A stretch of 64,000 bases of DNA, from contig JAQGDQ010000003.1 of the NCBI GenBank assembly GCA_030141605.1, forward strand, positions 806,001 to 870,000, in the 5' to 3' direction. This stretch comes from Tubiluchus corallicola (lineage: Eukaryota; Animalia; Priapulida). Shown here in pieces: positions 55,801-64,000 of the stretch; positions within the stretch are counted from its first letter, which is position 1, and every line of letters begins with the position of its first letter. Both the position numbers and the translations under genes were made by a program. The notes beneath the pieces were generated by a model. That model saw nothing but the letters and a program-made list of their open reading frames with translations. It ran no database searches and was not told the DNA's origin.

Positions 55801-58800
55801 ATTTAGGTGAGTGCATGATTTGAGATGAGACGAAAGTTAAGTAACTTAGGTTAGCTAGGTGGCAGAGGCTGAGAGCCATTCTCGTTCAGTTAAACACAAT
55901 AGTTGCGAGCACACATACCATTGCCAGACTCGTGTTTTTCTTCTACTCCCATCACAACTTTATTTAACACCACCATGCAGGAACAGCAGGGCTTTAATAA
56001 ATTTACTGCAATTGATTTTTTGGCTAGCAGCTTTGTTAGCTGTGTTGTCAAGGTTTTAAAAATTCTGTAATGGTAGTTGCTTTACAGTAATACCACCTTC
56101 ATTCCCAGGGAAAATCCCAGGGAATATGCAGGTGTAAATCCCAGGGAAAATAAGTGCAAAAGTTTTAAGGCCATCTTACCTAAGTTACCACATTCCAATA
56201 ATTTATTCAGGTAATTATTATGTAAACAGCTTACTTCTAGCACCGACCTTCACCATGTTAAGTGCATCCAGCAACCCCGTAAAGGTGTTAATAGCTTCAA
56301 ATATAGGTTTTCCTAATGCTATATGAATATCTATAGCAAGACAAAAAATGGCAATACACAAACACTATAGCAAACAATTAAATTAGTTACTAGTCAAATA
56401 AAATCAATTATAAAACCTAATAACTTTCTCAACAAATTTTTAATTTATTCAGATGCATCGGAATAATTGTCAGCTACTATAAAACTGAAAGTTGGGTTAC
56501 TAAAACAGTATACTTGGATGGATACTTACTATTTAACTGCTCAATGAGCAGGCTTTTCAAAAACTGAAAATCATCAACCACTACGTATTTAACTTGCTGA
56601 AAAGTAGAAACAGCAGAATGTCAAACACAAATTTTCGTTGGAAAAGTGTAACATGCACCTTTATTATGAAAATTTTGAGAATTACCACAAGATTAAAATC
56701 CCCTTTCAACATTGTTTCTGGTATCACTTACATGCTTTAGATCTGGAATGTGGATGGTGGTAGGATTTTAGAAAGGAATTAATAATATGTGTAAAAACAA
56801 GGGAAAAACCATGTTAAGTAACCTGCCAAATAATTTATTGATAGCATATTTAGCATATTGATAGCATATATGCAGTCCAAATATATATACAGAACTTTGT
56901 TCCATTGTTGAAAAGTGGATTTTATTAATGTTTATTTTTAAATGAACAACAGGGCAGACATCAATTAGAAAATATAATCAATAACAGAACTCTGCTGTGA
57001 GTTGTGTGAAATATGTATGGTTAAATCATAAAGCTATATAAATGGAGAGAACACTATCAGGGTTACCCAAATCCACGATACATTAAATGGACTCAAAAGA
57101 AAGAACCATATAACACACAAAATTGAAGAATTCCCTTTCAGGACAATTTTTTTTGTAATCACCGTACGCTAGCTAGATATTGGTGGGCGTTTTGAAGTGT
57201 AGTTTTGACAGAATGGGTGAGCAATTTGTGTGATCCAAAAAACATTATGGGTGCTGCACCAAAAAAATTATTTCATATAGTTCACAGAGAGAGTTTTGCA
57301 AAAACCACAAAAACACACACAGCTGAATTATTCTACAGAAAAAAACTGTACAGTGATATCATCAGTTATACCATATCTAACGCTTTGTTAATTAATCAAT
57401 GGAAGTGGGGGTATGTTGAAGTTTTGGCAAATTTAAAGAATAATTTTTATATGCTAAAAAATTATGATAATGTGCAGGACAAAAACAATTGTGTAGCAAT
57501 AAATTTTGACATCGACATTAGATTACTACTTAGAGGCACAATTTGATGTGCTGTAAATTATGTTGTACAGACTGACAAAACTCTTACCCCTTGACTTTGT
57601 AATGACCCGCTACAAAAAAACTTATAAATACCCAAAACGTCAACTTGTCGTCAAAGCTAGGTGAAGGCAAATATTGGTAACTACTCTTGTGTTGTTTTAA
57701 ACTTGTGCAAGCATCAACATTGCAATAGTGGAACCAGATTTTTATCCCAAAGCTGAGAAATAATTCAACTACCCTCCAAATGTTCTAAGCTTGCACTTAA
57801 TAAGACATCTTTTCTTACCTGCTCGAACAGATTTAGAAACTTGTCAGCATTGTCAAGATTATCACCAATTGTCTGTAATGCGGTGTCTGGTAATGCTTTA
57901 ATATAGCCATTAGCTGGTAAAATAAGAAGTCCACCAGGCCTAAGGCGAATGTTAAACAAAGCTGAGTATTAGTAGTAAAGCTCAACAACATAACATTACT
58001 ATTAACAACACTTAGCACTGTTTATATCTAGTGGGTTATTATTATAAGCTAAACAAAATTTTACAGAGGCAAATGAATATTACTTAATTTACTATTTTAA
58101 GAGTAAATTTATAATTCACAAGATACGGTTAAAAATATTGAGTCACAATGTTATTTTTACAAGCAGTTATAGTTTTTATTATCATTGCATGGTTGTTTAA
58201 TTTCAAAATTTAATAAAATTTGCAGCAAAACTTACAGAAGAAAAAATGCTGTGATGCAAACAGCGATGGTAAAACATGCTTGATTATAAAAAGCGTTTTC
58301 ACCATGCATCAAGCGATCGGCAGGACGACAGCAGCAGTAAGAGTAGCCAACTATGGGCATCAAGGCAATGTAAATGACTGCTACCACGATACACACTACT
58401 ACTCCCGAAGATTTTACTGTCAAGTTAGCAATCTCCTGCAGTAATCAAGTCAGTTTCATTAAGTTTCATTTATATTTATTTTATTAAACTTATTATTTAC
58501 TTCAAACTAAACTAATAATAACACACGCCCATAAATTACAATACCGTAACAAATTAGAAAAAAATAGGTAAGACATATAGGAATAAATTACATCAACGTG
58601 GCTAAATTGGAGGCACTGTTATATATAGCATAAAATCTAGTATTTGATTTTTAGGTCTAAGGAGTAATATAAACTCATGTCTCAAAAGATATCAACTGTT
58701 GCCTATTTGGGCGATACTAAACAACATGTAAAAAACATAGGGAATGAGTCTGGGTGGTGGACTTACTTGCACATCGGAACCTGAACATTCCTAGAGGAAC

Positions 58801-60187
58801 AGAATATGACAAGCCCCATAGAAAGTGTGAACAAGCTTGAATGCAAATGGTATTAACATTACATAGTATAGATAGTAATCAATGTTAGTATTATGCAACC
58901 AAGCATCACATAGCAAATATTATGTGAAGCACGGTTGCATGCTAAATCTGAGGAAGTAGTTAATGTAACTTAAATGAGACAAAATAGTAGTTGTCTTAAT
59001 AAAATTTTTGCTAGGTAATGCAAAAACTCTTCATTACAATATGCTTTACTAATACAATATTTTAGGTACTAGCAAAGGCAATTCAAGAAAATGCATTTGG
59101 CTCAATTATCTCATTCCTCTGCATTGTAGTGCAATGCCAACTCCAAAGGTGAGGTGTATAATCATGGAAAAAAATTAGACAGTAAAGTTGAATTTCCAAA
59201 TACAAGTAGTTCACTAATCAGTCAGAGCAAAATCCAAATGCACAAGTGGATCACAATGGCAAAAACATAAGTAAAAAATTGAAAACGTGACAACTAATAA
59301 ATTTTTAGCAAAAAATGTTAGGTAACTGATCTCGTAAGGATTTCAACAATCTGTATATTACTATAGGCTAGTTAAACCTGACTTCAATAAATGATACCAT
59401 TTATAAGTTTAGACATAAGAATATGATCGTAAAAGGTTGAAATTTTTAAATACATGTATACATGATGCAAAAATAGTCTTTATTTAGTGCAGTAATAATG
59501 TTTTTTTAGAAGGCGGCACTAAAAAGGTAATATTGTAAACAGTATGTGCATATTGTCGTGACACCTATAACCAACATATGCTAATACTATATGCCATATT
59601 ATAAGCTGATGCACCTTTAAATAAAATCATAATACTTATGCATATATTGATTCGATGATATACAAAAACAACATAGTAAATTCAACCCCACATTACATCC
59701 ACTTTATTAGTCATTTCATGTGACTTCACTAGCAGTATCTGTTTTTATCACTCGTTGAAAACATTTATTTAATAATTATTAATGCTCTCATAAATGAGAC
59801 ACGGGAAAATGTGAATTCACTCAATTCATGCATTTTTAATTTGAACAGTCATCATGGCTGCTGTCTCCTTCATTTTTGAGAAAAGCAGTGACCAAGGAAG
59901 TTAAACACATTGCAGGAGATTTTGTCATTTAATAAGGTTACACAGAAAACAAAAACAGACATGGTTTAATAATCAGCAATTCCTCTCCTCGATGTACATT
60001 TCTTTGTGATATGCACTGTGTCAACCTTATTTGTGCATCTCAGTATATGTATGCATGCATAGGCCTATGCACTTACCCTGAGAAAATTGGATATTGTCAC
60101 TTTTTGCCCTTTTCCAAAATGTGCATAATACTCTGGAAAATAGTTAAAGCACTAGGTTTGACATTACAGCAACAAAGAATTACACAC

Positions 60188-60229
<42 letters not shown>

Positions 60230-62496
60230 CTCAAACTCATTTTAATTCCAACTTAAATTAATGTTCATCAAAAATCATTTTGTCGTAGTATATAGATAAA
60301 ATTCAAGTAAAAAATAAGTAAATGATTTAGCAGCAATAATAGTTTATGTCAGCCTTATATATCTGAAATTGGTTGACACAGGTAAAACGCAGTGCAGTGT
60401 GTATGAGCTATCCTGGTACGAAGGATTTGTCCTTCACTGTACAATTAATTAATTGTTTGGCAGTACACTGTTCCCTCACTTATCGCGTGTGTTCCGCTTC
60501 AGGCCCACCCGCGATACGTGAATTTCCACGAAGTAGGGACGCTAGACTATATACTTTCCATCAATCAACCAATCGTGTGTTGTGTACAATCTCAAGTCGG
60601 CAAGTAGCATCTCAAGTGGGTGCAAGTACTACGTTTCGTTTTTGGTGTGTATTCATCCGCCGAATAAATACACTATTTACTGTAAATGGTAATTTGTTAT
60701 GATTTATAATATACTTTTAATGTTAGAATTAATATTTTTAATATATTTTTATACATTTTGTGATTTTTTTTATACAAAATTCATAAAAATCTATACATTA
60801 CTGTGCAATACGTACTACGCATGTGCAAAAATACTTTAGACAGAGCACCGCAAAAACCCGTGAAACAGCGAGTCCGCGATAAACGAACCGCGAAGTAGCG
60901 AGGGAACACTGTATTACCCCACCACTTACAAAAAGCAATGTTCACAGTGCTTAAGGAAACATTCAATCGTTTAACATGCATTTTGCAGTTAAAACCTTAA
61001 ACTGTAGCAAGAAATTCTTTTTAATGTTTTAAATGCTTGTGTGACCAGGGCAGATATTTCAGGTGGCATGGCAATGTTTCAAACTTTATTTTTATTATTC
61101 TTTAATAAAGACTCTATGCAGCTACTCTTCAGTAAAGTCAATAGACAGCTAACATTAATGTTGAACTATATGCCGACTTGCTTGGTCGCGTATCCATGGC
61201 AAAATGGAACCATAATACGTGAATGCTTAACAGCATCTCACACACCAGATTTGATTATTTTTCCCAGAAACTAAAACACTGATAGTGGCTGAATTAACAC
61301 CATACCTTTGATACTTCTGGTAATATACAGAGGGCTAGAGAAAGGAAAGTCCAGAGATATGCTGCTTTGGTCACAGATTTACAAAATCATGAATTATTTG
61401 TAAAAGTTATACCTTATGAAGTTGGCAGTCATATCTATACCTATGGGCAATACAAAGTAGCTAAAAGGTCTTCTAAAACTGCGTAAGTTTGCAGAAAAGA
61501 TGAATAAAATACCAAGTTGAGACATCCCTATTGTATCAGTTTGTTAAGTTTCATTTTGCTTGCAGGTTTACAGTCATTAACAATCAAAATTGAAGGACGA
61601 CATGAGACTAAAAGAGTTTTAGTTTGTTACCATCGTATTACCATTGTTGCTAAATTACAACATTATTACGAAAAAACTGTAAGACCTTATCTATAATACA
61701 AGATAAAAAATGTAAGTAAAATGATTTCTCAAAAATATTAATATTAACATGTAAATGCGCTCACAATATTTAGGAACAATATATTTACACATTAGACAGC
61801 AATTAAAACGTAAATTAAAAATTGAATGGCTATTCTTTAGTGTGTAAACTGACTTTATTGTCAGGATCTTCCAATGGGGTCTTCTCATTAGCTGAAAATA
61901 TCTTACAAAGTATGAAAACTAGTATATACAAATGTGCAAGTAAATGTAAATGATAAAACAAAAAAAAGTAGCTAAAAATATCATTGACCTTGCCAATAAG
62001 TTAGAGTAAAGACAATTAGGTACAAAGAGAGACACAAAGCTTTGCTTTCCTTCTTTTTATCTAATTGTTATTTGTTCTAACTTACTGATTAAGTCAGTGA
62101 TCTGTTTTGAGATTAAGAAAAGGCAATCAATGTTTTACTTATGGGTTAAAGTTTCAGCAAAGCACACATACATTTTAAATTCTATAATAAATACCAACTC
62201 GAAAATTGGAAAGATGGAACCTAGTAGAAAGCCTTTTAAAATTTTATTTAAATTTTACCTTCAACCATTTTATTTGGTAAAGCTGACAGAAGAAAGTTTC
62301 TTGCCATGTTGAATATTCGTTCTAAAGAGCCAGGGTCGTACGGCTCTGGAGCATAATATTTTCCAGGCCTAGGTAGTTCATTCGCCCAAATTATTGTACC
62401 ATTTCTAACAGAATTCTCTGCTGCAATCACATTATAGAGTACGTATAACAGGCTTAGCACAATGGCAGCTCGACTTAAAGAAAGGTCTATCGTCAT
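28841..62496 (-). CDS. PROM1: Prominin-family pentaspan membrane glycoprotein, about 21 coding exons, about 950 aa in the longest stop-free model
   Basis: Exons 5' to 3': 62496-62259, 61891-61854 (tentative), 58435-58236, 57939-57819, 56596-56530, 56330-56235, 53036-52852, 52531-52454, 51831-51768, 51535-51456, 48657-48581, 46252-46112, 44060-43928, 42643-42525, 39325-39241, 37884-37738, 37160-36708, 35406-35090, 30396-30241, 29764-29744, 28871-28841; all phases consistent. Signal peptide, YDPGSL, LMPIVGYSYCCCR (prominin Cys cluster after TM1), ESFICQP, VLDQP, SCRKNEPIWTALKL, IAGCAPL, LLCNIALNPLNMSWFCFG, IFAAKLRKY. The symbol denotes family, not strict orthology; tail exons are less certain. 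Confidence 0.92.
31618..31993. mobile_element. hAT-type MITE with perfect 8-bp target site duplication
   Basis: GTAGGAAG|CAGGGCCTATTTCAG ... CTGAAATAGGCCCAG|GTAGGAAG; 14/15 TIR match; GC-rich interior. Confidence 0.92.
32846..32902 (-). other. Candidate 57-nt alternative prominin tail exon
   Basis: CATACAG acceptor and GTGAGT donor, phase 2-2, reads DPVRASLSEILLKESEPV and ends in TA. Confidence 0.5.
33416..33701 (-). mobile_element. Solo LTR
   Basis: ATAAG|TGTTGTG ... CACAACA|ATAAG: TG..CA ends, 7-bp inverted termini, 5-bp TSD; TATATAA then AATAAA on the minus strand. Confidence 0.88.
37440..37570 (-). mobile_element. tRNA-derived SINE fragment
   Basis: Minus strand reads GAGTTCGATACC (B box) then GGGTCATACCAAAGACTTAAAAATGGTACC, a central motif I recognise from widespread metazoan SINEs; (AG)n run nearby at about 37642-37660. 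Confidence 0.6.
40300..40965. repeat. Internally repetitive element with four GTGACCCC..GGCCAACATTT units
   Basis: Units at about 40316, 40561, 40670 and 40812, with longer duplicated blocks. Confidence 0.7.
42295..42490 (+). repeat. Tandem duplication, period about 106 bp
   Basis: AGCTGGCTTACTTATAAACTTAACTCTTGT occurs at about 42303 and 42410. Confidence 0.85.
42988..43761 (+). mobile_element. pogo/Tigger-like internally deleted transposon
   Basis: TA|CAGTAGGTGCTGCTTAATAGACTCA ... TGAGTCTATTAAGCGGCGCTTACTG|TA; contains frameshifted MEHKRKDLTVD/KLKILEQYNK...LGIS resembling a CENP-B-type N-terminal HTH. Confidence 0.85.
44303..44896. mobile_element. Non-autonomous TTAA-flanked DNA element (Kolobok-like)
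   Basis: TTAA|AGGAAAAC ... GTTTTCCT|TTAA; second partial copy at 10340-10748. Confidence 0.65.
48088..48223. repeat. Short foldback inverted repeat (about 33-bp arms)
   Basis: AAATGGTAAGAAATTAGATCTCTTAATTAACAC ... GTGTTAATTAAGAGATGTAATTTCTTACCATTT, one mismatch. Confidence 0.85.
48288..48395. mobile_element. Short MITE-like element with internal CCCTAA units (family of 14674-15082)
   Basis: GGTAAAAAAAGGCACAGGAAAAA ... TTTTTCCTGTGATTTTATTACC enclosing AACCCTAATACTAACCCTAACCC. Confidence 0.6.
55355..55860. repeat. Degenerate foldback element with ACTCA repeats on the left and TGAGT repeats on the right
   Basis: Strand-mirrored short motif arrays visible by eye. Confidence 0.45.
60466..60911. 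mobile_element. Tc1/mariner (Tigger-like) MITE
   Basis: TA|CACTGTTCCCTCACTTATCGCG ... CGCGAAGTAGCGAGGGAACACTG|TA. Confidence 0.8.
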
Positions 62497-64000
62497 TTGT
62501 TCCACGATCACAGCATGACGCAAGATGAACAAATTTTGCCCCAGCTGCCAACTGCAGAATACATTCTCCCACAAAGCTACATAACAGCTAGAAATGTGAC
62601 ATATCTTTTCTGAAAACAAAATCAAAATATCTAAATTACATGTTGTACTGTGACTTCAGTGAAATGAAAAGTCATAGCTGCTTACTGTCAAATGTATAAG
62701 TCAAACTTATACTGAAAAAGAAACACTACCAGCGTAAAGCACAAACTACATCTGCAAGTTCCTTTTGGCCAACAATTACAGCACACAACTTTAAAAAAGC
62801 TTACTATCAGGAATTATCTTGATCGACAAGGAAGCCATAGCTACATTTGACTGCATATACAGTATATACATTCTATATATATTATATGAAGTTCACTGAA
62901 GTGATAACAATCATGGGCCACTGACACTGCTATTTTGTAAATTTCCTCAAAATGAACCTGTCATCCAGCACCATTCTGCATAAGATTGGTGTATAATTTC
63001 ATAAAGCGGCACATAATAGTTTTCCAGTCAAATATAGACAAAAAACCTAGCTATACTAGTTGGAGACTTAACCATTTTCCACAGACATCTGGCATTGGTG
63101 GCACTTATATTCTCTAGAGTTTTTGCTGCAATCCAAAATTTAGAAATTGCAAAACTTTATCCACCACTGTTAAAAAAGATTTACCAAAATGTCTGAAACT
63201 TGCTGAAACTGATGTATATATTACAAATCACATCCAATTAAAGAGTCTTAAAAGAGCTTAAAATGCATAAAGCATTGTTTTCTGGGCTACTGCCTAAACC
63301 CTATTGAGGAAGCTTTAACCAATTCCCGTCCCTAGCACTAACCTCAGCACTACAAGCCTAACACAACTACAGGCTGTACAGCTTTAATTTAATTGATTCA
63401 ACTAATCAACTATCAGTGATATGTGTCTTAGCAGATGTAAAAAAGAAAATACATAGATGTAAGAAAAATCGTGTAATCGTATCCACGTAATAGTACTAAT
63501 ACTTAATAGTACTTTTTTAGTAGTATAAGTTACATTCTCTTAAGTCTTATGAGCAGGGTGCATAAGATTATGGATATGTATAAAATAAATAAAATAGCTT
63601 ATTTTATGGATTTTTGAAATTTTATTTTATGGATATCAATAAAATAAAAAAATAGACTATATCTGGAACGAGATGTCCAGGGGGAAATCAATTAAAAAGT
63701 AAAAACAGGAGCGCTTGAAACGTGTTTTTAAACACGCAGGACTTAGTTTTAATTTTATCGGTTTCGTTTTGATTTTATCGGTTTCATATCACCTCAAATT
63801 TAACGAGACAATGCCTTGTAATTCATCATTTCAGTTAAAATAATTCATCTATTTGGTACGTTTTGGTACGAATGTAGAATGCCCTCTAGGCTGAAGTTTC
63901 CGATCCAATGCCTGTATTCAGTTTTGATTGCCTTATTTTGTACAAAAAATCACAAAAAAAAACATTTTTTTATTTTATGCATTTCTTATTTTATGGATTT

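Overview
AT-rich animal (probably invertebrate) nuclear DNA with spliced genes; no prokaryotic features. From left to right: (1) the 5' end of a FAM53-family gene on the minus strand; (2) a decayed non-LTR retrotransposon; (3) a probable bidirectional promoter at about 9.5-9.95 kb; (4) an intronless CUSTOS/C12orf43-like ORF (12233-12808); (5) only 69 nt downstream on the same strand, a complete 13-exon RNPC3 (U11/U12-65K) gene of about 500 aa, with one GC-AG intron and a terminal U12-type intron; (6) a convergent multi-exon prominin gene on the minus strand with an unusually long, apparently alternatively spliced C-terminal tail. Introns carry many MITEs (pogo/Tigger-, hAT- and Kolobok-like), a solo LTR, SINE fragments and microsatellites. 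The most notable feature is the apparently bicistronic or operon-like CUSTOS-RNPC3 unit. All gene identities come from manual translation and remembered family motifs, and exon models from splice consensus plus phase checks; no database search or RNA data was used.
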